A stretch of 64,000 nucleotides of DNA, taken from assembly GCF_964355755.1 (NCBI RefSeq), contig NC_092671.1:34854304-34918303 (forward strand). Direction: 5' to 3'. Below are positions 46,092 through 60,918 of this stretch, piece after piece. The stretch's first letter is position 1. Each line of letters starts with the position of its first letter. Made by a program: the position numbers and the translations under genes. The notes beneath the pieces were generated by a model. The model was not told where the DNA came from and did not search any database. It was given only the letters and a program-made list of their open reading frames with translations. This DNA comes from Antedon mediterranea. Its lineage: Eukaryota > Animalia > Echinodermata.

Positions 46092-49000
46092 CTACAGTAT
46101 GAAAGCACAAAGATTATCTTTAACATGCCACATTTAAAAAAGGAATACAGTAACTTAGCTTTAAACTTTATGTGACAACAAAAATGTGATGTGCCCATAT
46201 ATAGAAACTTTTTTTGTTAAACTATAGTTTGCTTGAGTACAGTAGACAGAGCTTAAGGACAAATGTATGGTAGTCGGTTGTTAACCACACAAAATATTAT
46301 TTCATCACAAATTATTGAAAGAAAAACATATTCCACATTTTGTAATAAAATATTAAATTATAAACTTTTGCATTTATTTTCTGATGATTTCTATTTCTTA
46401 AAAAAAAATTATATTTTCTTCATTTTCAGTAAGGTTCATTATATTGTTAGATACAGTAAAACTAGTGGTCACCAGTTTTAACAAAAGTAATATAAATGGA
46501 TTAACATTATTAATTTAATTTGGTTTCAACCTACAAGCAACATTTTTTTATCGCTATTGTAAATCATTTCTTTCATTTGTACTGTAGCATCTGGCATGTG
46601 TATCAAAAAGATTACAAACTACATTTCGGAACACTAACGTTAATTCAATTTAAATGAAAAAATCAATAACTAAGCTAAGGAGAAATTTCCTATTAGTTCT
46701 TTTTACAATTCGACTTGTTTCTGGGTTTATTCAAGTAATGTTTTATGTTACCATGACAGTGGTTAACAAGAATTGATATTGCGTTTAATCTTATTAACTT
46801 ATTACAAGAAAATTTATTTTATTGAACTGTGAAAGTGCAATGTGACTATGCAAGTCAATGTATAATACATAATACCGAAAAGTATATTTGTGTTTATCTC
46901 TCGACCAAGACAAAACATTGATCAAAAGTCCGATAAACCATCATTGGATGGAAATGTCATTTATCATAGAATGACAAATACTTTAACATAATAAACGTAG
47001 GACATTTCTAATATTAGGAGAAATCTAATTGCAGCAAAAATAATAAATAACATGGATTTAATACTTCCTTTACTTATGTTATCTGAAACCATGAATGAAA
47101 ATACAGTAGTACAGAAGTTAGAACCCCAAATTTATAATTCTGCAAAGTATCATACATTACCATAGACAAACTACTGTAGGTGTAATCATTGCCTCTCGTA
47201 AACGAGACTCTCGTAAGCGACAATTGACAATTTATTTAGCTCAGTGGAATAATACTAATTTAAACTTATTTAGTGCATATTGATAGTATTATATTGTTAT
47301 ATTGTAAAATGCTTATGTCTTAATAATAATAATATAATATACTATTATGCACTAAATAAGTTCAAAATAATTTTCACTTACTAAACTAACATCTGTCACA
47401 TCTACAAATAGCTCAATTAAAAAAGTAAAAAGCTTTAAATAGTATTTTGACTATCGCTCAATATTTAGATAAAAGGTATCTTTATTCATTATTATATATC
47501 GGTGTCAGTCGCCGACGTCGGTGTCATTTCATCGTAAAGGTGATACAAAGTGATGAGTATGGTCGGTGGGTGTTACAAAGTGAGTGCGGTGAAGTGAAAC
47601 AATTGTACATGTCCTTAGAAACTAAGAAAGAAATAACGATTTTGGTCGCGCATCATTGATAATTAATTGTCCTAAAATACTTGCATCGTTACTTAAATCT
47701 ATAAGGAATGATTGATCTACTTAGATACTGTAAGGTCCTTGTTATGAAATGTACTTTTTTAAAAACTGTTAAACTTGAACTTTGAATTATTTCCTTTAAT
47801 CCTGATGAATAAAACATTCTGAAACTTTGTGTTACAGGTAGACTGTAAGTGTTGGGTTGTTTTAGAAATCTATACAAAATTGGCATTTTAAAAGTGAATA
47901 AATCTAAATAATTCAAAATGTAAGACAGGGGCGTCGGTTATGTTGGATGACCACACCTCTCCTATAAAAAGCTCGTAAAAATAGGCCTACGGTCTATATC
48001 CGTAATAGAAAAACCCAAAACGAACAAGTTCAAACTAGTTTGATAAATCTAGACATACTGTATGCATGAAAGTTGAACATTTTAGACATCCTCACATGTA
48101 CAGCAGTGTATACGTTTATATAGAGCTTTGCACCAGAGGGTGTGTAAGCACTATTGAACCTAGTATTGTAGACATGACATAGTTTCTATTCCTTTTAAAA
48201 TTATTTACATTTTGTGCAAGAATACAATTTCAATTCTCCTCTTTCTTGCCATCTACCAACTCTCCCACTTTATGTTTGCTAGAGATACACGTCTTATATA
48301 AATAGGACAAAAGCAGTATCATACTATCCATGTCAGCAAACTCTCCACAGTCACGTCTTTATTTCGCATTGCATTTACTGCCTTTATATGTACTTTCGTT
48401 ATACTCTACAGCAATTAATACAAAAGTGGCAGATCAATATTTTGGGATTTTATATTTCACTATAATCAATATTAATTCTATTCATATAACCTTGAAATTG
48501 AAAAACAATTCCATTCTTATTTGATTTGTCAGGATTTCTAATAAGAATTCTAAACATTATAAATACTGTACATTAAAATAAAACTGTTTGTTTAAACAAT
48601 TACATTAAATCCGTATTATTTCTAAATAAAAGGTATGATTGGTCTTACAGTTGATGAATTCTAAATAAGGACATATCCAAGAATAAGGGGGAAATGAGAT
48701 TCTTCCACGGAGAGAAATGATACTTGTCAAGTGTGGATCTAATATTTTGTGGAGTGGGGAACTAACATTCAGTATACTATTAATGTTAGTATTATTAGTA
48801 GTCTGTCATTTCATTTCATTTCATTATTTATTTGGTCTAAGTATATACAAAACAAAAAAACTGAAATTGGGGAGACCAGGGTCAACCTAAGTGAACTTAA
48901 TCACTGTAGCTGAGCCGGTTGACCCAACCCCAAAGTCAAAAATAGAAATACAAAAACTTAGTTCAAAATTTAATTTTAGCTGACAAATGGGGTGCACACA

Positions 49001-49241
49001 CTGCTAGCACTATCCCTTGGTTCCGCCCCTACTTTTACACTATCCAACATTTAAAAGTAGTGGTGTATCTCTTTACTATTTATTCATAGCAACTTTGTGA
49101 ATGGCAGAAATATTTATTTTAAATCAAAAAATGTTTAATTTCAGAAAAAAATGTATTGAAAAAGTACTTTTATTTTCTAATTTTCTGTAAATAAGTTTTA
49201 AATAATAGTAAATTGGAAATTATAAAAAAAAATGTACTGAC

Positions 49242-49330
49242 CTCTTTATTTTGTTTTGTTCTTTTGTCACTCCCAGATCTTCGATGATGTCTCTCTGTTT
49301 TGGCAACTTCTCTCTCTACTTTGTTTTCGT
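49242..49330 (-). CDS. RhoGEF exon (ENKVERE...NKE)
   Basis: ttgcag| ... |gtcagt; phase consistent. Confidence 0.8.
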
Positions 49331-49730
49331 CTGCAATTCAACCATTAAAATAAAATGTTACTATTAATTATGGAAGGTTTTTTGAAGTAAATGCTCAACA
49401 ACAGGCATATTTAAACAACTTAATATTTACATTAAAATTATTTTAAGTGGTAAAGAACAAAATTTAATGTATAATATTGAAAGAAGAAGTGTTGGTTGCA
49501 ATCAAGTTTTAAATTTTCAGTCAATTGTGGTCTGGAAAAAACTCATGGACAATATCAGATATGTGAATTGCTATGTTGAGAAGAAATCTGCAAATATTTG
49601 GAAGCTTTTGTAATCCCAAAAACAAAAATGTGTATTGCAACTAATAATGATGATACATACAGGTACGTAAAAATTATAAATAAAATTTAAAAAAGAAGTT
49701 TAAAGATTAGTGAATATAAAGGAATCTTAC

Positions 49731-51771
49731 CTTGACTTGTTGCTCTTCTTAACGCTTTATTTTCCTCTGATTTTATCAAGTCATTTTGTTCTTTTTCTGT
49801 CGATTTTCTTCTCTCTCTTATTTCTTTTTCACTTCCTTTTGTTATTTTTCGTGTTAAAAATGGAGACTTAAATCGTTCTACTGGTTCACTCCTGCGCAGT
49901 CTTGTTCTTGAAGTTGACCGCTTTTCTTTAGGTTGTGAAATATCTCTAGAACTTTCTCTTGAATTTCTTTCATCTGTTTTTTCTTCTGACTTATCTTTAT
50001 GCTCTTTTTCTGGTTTTGACAACACTCTTGAAGTCTTTAAACCTTCTTTACTTTTCCTTCGAGTTACCTTGGAGTCAACACCAATATTCTCACTGGATTT
50101 GCTACCAAATACTTTAGGAACTTCTTCATCCAATTCACTATTAGGTAAGTCTGAGTTAATGTTCTGATTTTTCTTTTTCTGTGTACTCTCTGACTTTCTG
50201 GGTGAGACTAGCTTAATTCTTAAGTCACTAAGTTTTTTCATTTGTTTGAACTCTTCAAAGGATGGAATGTGAGTCTTTGGCTTAGATTGCAACCCCAAAC
50301 TATTACATCTACCTCTAGGAGTTTCTGAAAGATTCATAGATGGACTTTCATTGAATGTTGTCATCTGCTCAATTGGACAATTTTTATATGTATCTAAATT
50401 TGAAGGAACACTACCAGACTTTCTAAGTTCTTTACCAGATGATGGCTTGTCTCCACATAGTGGAGTTATTCCACCTTTTTTTTCTTTCCAAGCAACTGTC
50501 GGCTCACTACTTGGTTTTTTGTTTTCAATGTTATTGTTATCCGGTGTGGAAGGATAATTATCATTGTAATTGAGTGAATAAATAGGTTGTGAAATATCAG
50601 TAACAGATGCCTCTGAATTTTCAAACATACTTTGGAAAGAAAATGCTTTTAAAGGTGTTGGTGACATACTTCGGCTGCGACTTAAATTGGAACTTTCAGC
50701 AATAAGAGAGGCAACAGGTGATTTCTGTGTGTCAAAGTCTGTAGGACCTTCCCTAAGATCAAGACTATCATTATTCTTTAGATATTTCCTTAGCTTGGTT
50801 GTACTCTTCAGGGCTTCAGACCTGGGAGAGATTGTCTTAAAATTTCTTAAAGTATCCTTCTCAGACTTTGATCTGTATAAGTTTGATTTGCCATCCATTA
50901 CAGATGAGTTCTTCTTCTCTTCTGTAGTGATGACAATCGCAGGAGAAGCTGCACATCCTGGTAAATTATCCCATTGTTTGTCAATAATTGAACTTGTTAA
51001 ATCACAGTTGGATGATAAATAACTTGGTGTTGAAGATAAATAAGAAGAAACTGAAAAATCTACAGGATTGGAAAATGACCGTGTAATCAAAGATCGACTC
51101 TGGTCATGAACAGGGCTTGGGGTTGCAGATCGTAACCCGGTAAAAGTTTTTTGGGCTGTTGAATGTGTTGTCCATGATGGTGAGTATGGTCTGTTTGTAT
51201 AACTTGCGCTATCAGACATCCATGCAGTTGTTGGTTTAGAAAAATTCAAGTTTTCAATACTAGATTTTGGTTTCGCACGCATGTTAGAAAATTCCTGGTT
51301 TATAGAATCATTACTGGCATTTAAAGGTGATCTGGAATCATCATGTCTTATTAAATCAGAAGAAATCGTGCCTTGTCGTAAATCTGGAGAAACTGTACAT
51401 TGCCGTAAATCTGTTAAAGAATCTGAGGTTCTAGTCTTGTACAAATCATTGTAACTTACTGAACTTGATGTTAAATTTGATTGTAACGCTGTATCAGAAT
51501 GCAAATTTACAGAGTATATTGACAATCCTCCAATGCCCGAACTACTTCCATTTTTTCTCCCAACTAATGGAGATTTTGACAGTGAATTTCTACGATATGA
51601 GTAACCTCCATGGGAATAATTCAGGAATGAAGGCCCAGGAGTGGATGTTGCTCCATAGCCAAGGCTAGAATAGCTGCCAGATAATGTAGACCCCTTCGAG
51701 GAGGCTTTGTCAGTTAAGCCTGATGTATCATGAATTGAGTATGGTAGGCCTGCCATGATTTTGTTCTTCAT
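49731..51771 (-). CDS. RhoGEF large first coding exon (~680 aa, Ser-rich, probably disordered)
   Basis: 694-aa ORF with donor CAAG|gtaaga at 49731; candidate acceptors upstream of the ATG at 51794 and 51935. Confidence 0.82.
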
Positions 51772-53182
51772 GAATGAATTTTACTGGCAGAGGTCTGTAG
51801 AAAACACAAGCATTTATCACACATCATCCAGATGTTTGTCATACCATCTTCTTCATTGTATTTGTTACATTGATTTCAAGTCTTTAATTGAAATTATATC
51901 CTTTAGTTAACTCTTTCATGATATGTTAGAACAATCTGAAAAGATAATTAGAAAAGATGTAATTAATCAAAAGACTTTTATCAGCAATTACATGTAGGCC
52001 TACTATAATTTAACTTTTTTTAAATTTTATATCAAAAATATTTGTCTGAGTACATGCTGGGCACACATGTTGTCATGTCACTAATACTGCAATAAAAGTT
52101 TGGATTTAGTGGATGTTTCTATACAAATTCATCAAAAAGAAAATTACTAAATAAAATAATGTTGAATTCCAACATAAAATAAATCAAGTCTAAATTGAAA
52201 TATTTAAGAAATTGAGACAAAATTACTATAAACTAAAAGTCAAAAAATTATTTTATATTGTAAAGTTATAAGATCATATTGTAATCAAGATGTTTAAAAA
52301 TAAATAATAGTGGATGCTTTGAAAATTAAATTAGTACGAAAATGGTTCCAAAAAGTGTAAATAATAGTAATATCTGAATTCAAAAGGAAGGAACCTTTTT
52401 GTAGAAAAAAAAGGTAATTATTTAGATTAATTACTTTGCACAGAAGATCCAGTATCACAAAAGTCTAAGACAAAACCACTAATAATAGAATCATTTACGA
52501 TATTCCTTACACTGTAATGATTTTAACTTTAAGCAGGCTTTCAGTACAGTAGGTTCTTTCTTTCTAACTTACTGTACAAGCCTCATTATAAGGTAGGCCT
52601 ACATGGAGTGGTAAAACATTGTTGATTCTGTTGTCTTACACTTTAGTGTTAGATAATCCGGTGAATTGTATGTTACAGTAAACTGTATTGTTCAAGCTTA
52701 ACGACCTTTGTCATTAGCATCTATAACATGTTTATAGGTGTATATCTATAACATTTTCATTTCTTTTTTATTGCTCAGATATATATAAAAAATGCTTAAC
52801 CCTATTAACTGTATTATACAGATAATTAACGTTTGATACTAACGGGTTACCAACGGATGGGAAACGATCTAATAAGTGAATCTGCGATTTGATTGTAAAA
52901 TTGGTCTAAAAATTATTTTGAAAATATTTGATAGCTTCAGTAACTAAAATTGATAATGTAACATATTCACTTCACAACCAATGACTACCTCATTAAACAA
53001 TAATCAGTGGGGTGTGCCAAAGTGGGTGTGACTAAAATGGCCTCAAATGTTGCTAGAAAACGTGTTGCTTCGTCGGGGAATGTAGCCCCCGCGCCGGAAA
53101 GATCCTAGCGCCACCGCTGATGTAGGCATATTCACACATTAATAATGTTACTGTAGAGTACATTGTCAAACAAATAGATTAC

Positions 53183-53259
53183 TATTATTCTTACTATGAT
53201 CAAAACATCCGTTACTAATGACATTAGTATCGGATGTTATGATCATAGTAAGAATAATA
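53183..53259. repeat. Near-perfect palindrome (38-bp arms)
   Basis: tattattcttactatgatcaaaacatccgttactaatg-a-cattagtatcggatgttatgatcatagtaagaataata. Confidence 0.85.
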
Positions 53260-56200
53260 TTAATATTGTTATCTTTCTATATCATTCATTATAGTAATAA
53301 TTTGTTATAGTACACCTGTGTTGCGCATTGATACAGTACAAGGCGAGGTTAAAAACAGATGAGGCAAAGATGCTTTAAATATAATTATTATAAAATATGA
53401 CAATCTGTGGTGGTGAAAATTGAAAATTTCAGATTTAGCCTCATGCTGACTACGGTCCTGCAGGTCATAGCATTCAGTTCTTGTTATTCAAACGAGATAT
53501 TCAAAGTATACTTTTTTCTCCCTTTCCATGTGCTGGGATAGAGATACCGGTATTGTATTTGTTGCCTACAATATTTCATGAAAACCCACAATACACTTTA
53601 CTTACCTTTGAATTTGTGTAAACCACTCAATTACTGTAATAGCCTACTGTAGAATTTTAGTATATGCACAAATTAAAACTTGTACCTACAGTAAATAACT
53701 CTCTATATTGTATTCAACTATTGTCTACAGGTACATATGTGTAGGTAGTTTTGTTACAAAATATAGCTTTTCTATTATAGAATTATGGAACAAAATGCCT
53801 TTTGTATCCACATTCCAATTAAATAGCAATCTTTTATGTTTTATCAATGACACATTCTTCAATTTTAGTTTATCTAAAAGGTTGTTGAACTAAATAATAA
53901 ATGCTGTAGTAGTGCAATTGCTTTTGTGAACAAATGGTCACCATAGCAACCATACACAAAAGCAAGATATATCAGCGGATAAAGGGAAGAATCGCATTGT
54001 TGTTTCTGGTACATCATAGGGTATGAAACCTGTTCCAAAAGTGTAAAATTATAAATATCCCTACAAACAAGCCAATAAACATTTTGCAAACAAAACAACT
54101 TTATTTTTTTTAATATATTTTTCTAGGTTCTAGACCGAAATTAGTAAAAAGATTAATATTTTGGCACATATGGCGTTTCATACATGAGCTCATTTTCAGA
54201 CACCGACCACTAGTGGACTAACATCAAAAGGACAATAAATACAGACTTAGCAAGTATAGAATAACATGCTCAGACCTCCAAAATGAGGTTCTGTACAGTA
54301 TGTATTGTACAGTGTACTATACATACAGTAGGAAGATGATTGATTTGTGAATACGGCCACAAGATGCTAAATCAGAGAAAAGCTTTGAATCAAACACCTT
54401 TCAAATTAGGTGACAATCCTGTAATAATACTAGGTCATGTCATATTATGGAATTACTTTATAATGTTGATTTTTGCTGTTGGCTATTGGTGCGTTATTAA
54501 ATCAAACCAGACAAGCACCTGCTCCCCCAGACACAAATTACTTTTAAATTGAAACATAGAAGAAATACAAATCTGTCTATGAATGTGTCAAATAACATTT
54601 AATTTAATATTAATAAGAACATTTTATATTTCCATATAAAATTTCATTAAAAATTACTTTTTTTTAAACTTTCTAACATTTATTTATTGTATACAATTTA
54701 CCAATACTTTCATATTTTTGTATGTACATATACTGTACCTGTGCAGTAATTATCTTTGTACATCATCAAAATGCTGTATATAGGCAGTGGAAATGAATAA
54801 AAATCAAATATGTTAAAACTGCCTCAATAGAAATTAATCAAAATGACTGTATGTTTGAGGCATAGCCCATCATCAAGTGAAGAGAAGTGTAACAAAGGAT
54901 AACATGTACCCGCCACAATTATTATTACATTTATATTTTTATTAAATATATACATAATTATATTATTATTATTATTATATTTTATTTGAATAATAACAAA
55001 ATTATGTACCTGTTTTATTATTATCACTCTATATATTGTTTGAAGGTTTGCATGGCGAAATCAAATGATGATATAAAGTTTGTAGTACACCACGTAAAAT
55101 GGCCAAACATATTGATCGAAACGTTGAGAAACTCAACAGTTCTTTTCAGAACTAATATAAATTGTGTACTGCAAACTTTATATCATTTTTATCGCTCTAG
55201 CCATGTCCATATCTGATATGAGAAAAGCTCTATTCTGTATTCAGCATACCGTATAGTACACGCCAATAGTTGATATTTAATACCTACGATATGTAACTTT
55301 TTAATTAAATTCTAGGCCTAGAAATGTTACAGGTCAGTTAAATGGGTAAAGTAAGATTGTTGAGAAAGTGTCTTGTGTCTAGTTAGTTATTCAGACGATT
55401 AATTTCTACCAAAGTGGTATCAGTATTTATGTTATCCCTGTTTCAGCATTGTATGTAGTACTGTACAAAATTAAATTTACAGACACAAAGATTTACCTCA
55501 AAATCATTTATTTTTAATAATTAAAAAATGTAATAATTAATTATAGACATTTTCAGTCTTTTTTTTACAGTAGTGCAAGATGTACAGTATTGTCCCCCTG
55601 AAAAAAATAATTGAATATGCCACATACTAATAGTTATTTAATTCAATTTTATTTTCATAAGATACATCACTGTGTAATAACATGAGAGTTTTTTAAAAGA
55701 ATGCACTTATGCTGGAGAAACTTGAAAAGGGGCTTTAAGGCTAGTTCCACCAGAAAAAAATAATTCAAAAAGTATATATAATAAATGTTTCAAAAGTAGT
55801 CAATAAATAAATAAAAAATAATTATAATTCACTTTAACCAAAAATTGAATTGAAAAATAAATTATTTACCTGAAAAAAGGGTTGAGTTTTTGGTTGAATT
55901 TAAATTTATTTTGTCATTTTAGAAGTGAAAACATTATTTTTTTTTTTTTTTTTCTACTTTATTAAAACTACCAAATGGATTTGATTAAACTTCATTTTTC
56001 ATGTTTTTGGGGTCAATACATCTTTAATGAGATATTAATCAAAAGACAGTATTCCATTTCTTTTTATTCTTATTTACCAGTCTTATATACCAGATTGTTA
56101 TTCTACCATATAAATATTCAAAATGTGAAAATGTTGTGAATAGTATAGTACAGGCTCAGTACTTTAATTTCCAGGCTTTTCAAACATATTTTTAATGTTT

Positions 56201-58519
56201 TGCTGTAGGCAGAAGTTATTCTTGAGCAGACGTTATTCTTGCGCAGACATGTGGTAATAGTTCTAAACTATACAGTACTGTGTTTTATCAATCTACGATC
56301 ACCAAGTTCCCAACTATTCTCAAATAAAAAGTTGAGAAAAATACACCTGATGGTAGAATGAGTCTTCTCAGATAAAGACTATAAACCGTACAGTAGGTAC
56401 AGAGTGTAGACAAACTATACAATATGCTTATGTGTGCACTTAAAATAACCTACAGTATTACATCTTTCAAGATGAGTAGGGGTTACCCCGGTAGTACTCT
56501 GTACATGTAGTACACTCACAGCCACTGTTGTGGACAGAGGGTGAGAGCATTTGGATTGGCAACACTAAAGTACAGGTAACATGACATGTCACCGTGTAAA
56601 AAAAAAAAGTCGCAGCACCATGAGCAATGGCGTTATACAAATAAACATCATTCTAATTCTCAAATCATCTGCCTTTGGCTAAAAATCACCACAATGATAG
56701 CTTTTTAATCAAATTATTTTACATCATTTAAGTGAAACAGAAAATTGTACACAAAAATATATTAATCGGGTCATGTTAATAATTACTATATAAATATTAT
56801 AATAGCTTTGGCTTTAGCTTATTTCCTGATCAGTTCTATATTTATTTTTAGAATGTCACATAAGTGTCATACTGTCTCCTATCACATTCATGTATTTTCT
56901 AAAGCATATTATTAAATGACACCTTAAGATCTATATATTCACCTGTTGAAAAACTGAATGACAATTTTTGTGTAAAAGGAAAGAAAAATCTATACAGTTG
57001 CCTTTCAGTAAAAACAGGCATTTTAATTTATAGTCTGCTTAAATTCATCTGAAATATTTTTGTTTTTAATCAAAATGAAAAATCTTTATGTTTTTATATA
57101 CCTGTAGTCCTATGGCTTTAATGTTCAAAATTTTTGAAAAAGTGAAAATTGAGGGAATGTGAACATTCTTATTAAAATAATATGACCATCATCAAATGAA
57201 TTTCTTTAGTATAGAAATTGGAAAAATCTAAGGCTCTTTAGGCCAAGAAAAAATTCTGGTTCATTTTTATTCTGAATAAACTGGATGTATCTAAAGTATG
57301 GCCTACTTTATGAAATACAAATAGGGCCTTTGTTTACAGGTTGCAGAAAAAACAAAAATTATATGTTTTCTTATAATTTTCAAATGTGTTCTTTGCTTTT
57401 AATTTTATAGTTATTAAAAATGTATTAATGTTATAAATTTTTCAGAATTTTTTATTATGAGAGATTGTTTACAATTCTAAACAAATGAATAGCAATTGAA
57501 ACAGATTTGTAGACAAAATGATATCATACTCACCACTTTGTTGGTATAGTACTAAAAATCCATTTTAATATATATTCCAAAAATAAATTCTCCCAAAAAA
57601 ATCAACAAGGAATTGAGGGAATGTAGTTTTTAGCTCTGTTACTGTGAAAAACAACCTGTATCATCATGCTAACAAGACCTGAATGAGATTCTTCACCACG
57701 CAAGGACGTGTACTATACATAACAATAGGTAATTGAATATTGATTCCCCAACCAATAAGGTTCATTCATTATACGCTTCACTGCACCTGGTCTAATGTCC
57801 ATCTTTGAATACAATGCTAAGTTTCTTTAATACTTACTTTAGGGGATTAGTTAATTATTCATGGGTTTATCCGTTCATTTTCATTATCGTCCACGAATGA
57901 CGTCAATTTTGATTGATTTTTTTTTTATTTGGAAGCATAAACAAAGGAGTAAATAAAATGAATTGCTTGTAGGAATGTGTTGTTTGTAATGTTTTTTTTT
58001 TTCAATTTACCGTGCTTCAAAATCTAATGAATTTTTTATACATAAATTGATTTCCTCCCTTTTGTCAGCAAAAGTTGCCTTGATTATTGGATTTTATAAA
58101 ATAAAGAAAAGTTTTTTATATTTTTAACTATACATGTAATTTTGTTAGGCCTAAAGTTTACAAATCTACTATAGAGAAATTTTAACATTTCCCTATTATT
58201 TTAATAATTATTATTTTAAAATAAATTAGAAGTATATGTCATTATATCAGTATTCCATTGTAGCAATGGCATCTTCACTGAGAAGTATACAGCAATTTAA
58301 AAGAAATAATAATTTTACATATTTTGATTTTCAGAAAATGGATTGGATGAATGAAAATAAGAAGAAAAAATCCAAAAATGCAAGGACTGAACAGAAGATA
58401 CAAAGATTTGTCAAATACAAAGTTTAAAAGGTAGTTTACTGCATTTCATCTAAGTAGAATCTTATATGCATACAAAATGCATTTTTTTTCGAACACGGAG
58501 AATGTATAAAACTATATTG

Positions 58520-60918
58520 CTATCTATGTAATTGTTGGTAAACAAGAAAAGTGTAAAGCTCATAAGCATAAATATAAAACAAGTAGAAACTACAAACATT
58601 TTAATGAAAATGAATTTAAAAGGGATATTGAAAAAATAAACTGGCAAGAAATTCAACATTATAATGATATTGATGACGCTACATATTTTTTCGAATCTAA
58701 TTTTCTTAAAATTGCTAATGATTATGCCCCGCTAAAAAAGAAGAGGGTGCGAAACAAAACTAGTCCTTGGCTAACAGATGATCTAGTTAGGTCTATGCGT
58801 GAGCGTGATGTACTAAAAAAGAAAGCATCTAAAACTAATACACCTGAAATGTGGGCTCAATACAAACTAAGTAAAAATAAGGTAAATGCTGAAATAAAGA
58901 AATGTAAAAAAGAATATTTTTCTAAACAATTAGATACAAAAGATTCAAAGAAAATATGGGAAACTTTAAGATATATTGTCCCAGCAAAGAGTATAAACAC
59001 TGAAATATCAAACTTAAAAACAAATGATAACAAACTAACAGCAGACTCTTCTAAAATAGCCAACAATTTAAACAAATATTTTTCTAAAATAGGACCTGAC
59101 CTTGCAAAAAACATCCCACCAGAAATTCCTAGATTACTTATTGTAAATAATACTAATCAAAGTAGGGACCTACTTAAATTTAGTTTTGTTAATCAGGAAT
59201 ATATTTATAAACAATTAAACGCACTCGATGTTAGTAAAGCGACAGGCTTAGATGAGCTTCCAGCTAAAATGCTGAAGTTGGTTATTGATCAAATCGTTGG
59301 ACCTCTCACTTATTTGGTAAATCTCTCACTCTCAACCAGTACTTTTCCAAAAAGATGGAAATGTGCCAAAATATGCCCAGTGTTTAAGGGGGGAGATAGG
59401 ACTGAAGCTAGCAACTACAGACCCATATCAATTTTACCGATTCTTTCTAAAATTATCGAGAGGGTTGTATTTGATCAGGTCTATCAATTTATTAACTCAA
59501 AAAATATGATTTATGCTTACCAATCAGGATTTCGTCCTAATTTCTCTACTGTATCTTCATTATTAAACATTACAGAAGATTGGATAAATGATATTGATTG
59601 TGGGAAGTATATAGGTTTAGTCATGCTTGATCTGAAAAAAGCTTTCGACACGGTAGACCATACCATACTTATAGACAAGCTTAAATCATTTAACTTAGAT
59701 GTCTCTATTATAAATTGGTTTAAAGACTATCTTTGTGATCGTACGCACTTAACACAAGTAAATGGTGTCCGATCAGATAAATGCTATAGTAATTGTGGAA
59801 TCCCCCAAGGATCAATTTTGGGACCACTCTTATTTATACTTTATGTAAATGATCTACCAAAGCATGTAAATAGTGTACAGATTAGTATGTATGCAGATGA
59901 TACAGCTCTTTACTTTGCATCTTCTGATATAAATGAAGTACTTGCAAAAATTAATGAAGATTTAAAAAAAATCAAATCATGGCTAGCAAGTAACAAGCTT
60001 AGTCTAAATGTAAATAAAACTCAGTGTATGTTTATAGGAACACAACAAAGGCTTGCAAAATTAGCAAACATTGATCTAAATTTAAACATAGACAATGTTC
60101 GGCTACAAAGAGTAAAAAGCTGTAAACATCTAGGTGTTGTTATTGATGAATATTTACTGTGGGATAAACAAATAGATAATGTTAAAAGTAAAGTATTGCC
60201 AGGCTTGTACTACTTAAAAAAATCTTCAAATCTCGTCCCAAAACATGTATCTTGCTTAATGTATAATAGTATTATCTCTCCACAGTTTAACTATTGTAAT
60301 ATTGTGTGGGGCAGATCAAATAAAAAAAATACTAATAAACTACAAATGCTACAAAACAGAGCAGCCAAAATTATTACAAAAACAAGGAAATACGACTCAA
60401 GTACACAAGCCCTGCAAAACTTAAACTGGATAAATCTTAATACTCAACTACATAATAATGAAGCCAAAATGTTATATAAAATATTCCATAATCAAGCACC
60501 ACCATATCTAAACGAACTATTTACACCCAAACTAGACACATACAATACAAGATCAAAGGATGTATTAAAATTGAATAAACCCAAAACAGAATATAAAAAA
60601 AAAAGTTTTTCATATCATGGTGCTAGTTTATGGAATACTCTAAAAAAACCAATGCAAAATGCCACAAATTTGAATACTTTCAAAAAATTATTGGTGTGAT
60701 TTTTTATTTATTTTGTACTCTTATCACAAATGTAATTAAGGTTTCTGTTCATATATTTTTGTTCTCTAATTTGTTATTTTTAAAATTTGTTATTTTTAAA
60801 ATTTGTTATTTTTAAAAATTTGTTATTTTTAAATGTGTAATGTACTACTGTTAGTTGATCACGGCCTTGTAGAAGAACACCTTTATGGTGACACAAGCTT
60901 TTCCGTGTTAAAATAAAG

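Larger units (their letters stand above)
36149..51771 (-). other. RhoGEF (DH-PH) gene, 16 coding exons, ~1294 aa; resembles the invertebrate family often annotated 'myosin-M heavy chain-like'
   Basis: Spliced frame is continuous. DH motifs RKEAITEFIQTEVNY, GLLTPEQLKAVFINL, FLMVPVQRSMRYPLLL; C-terminal WRCRRNALANIM. Confidence 0.9.
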
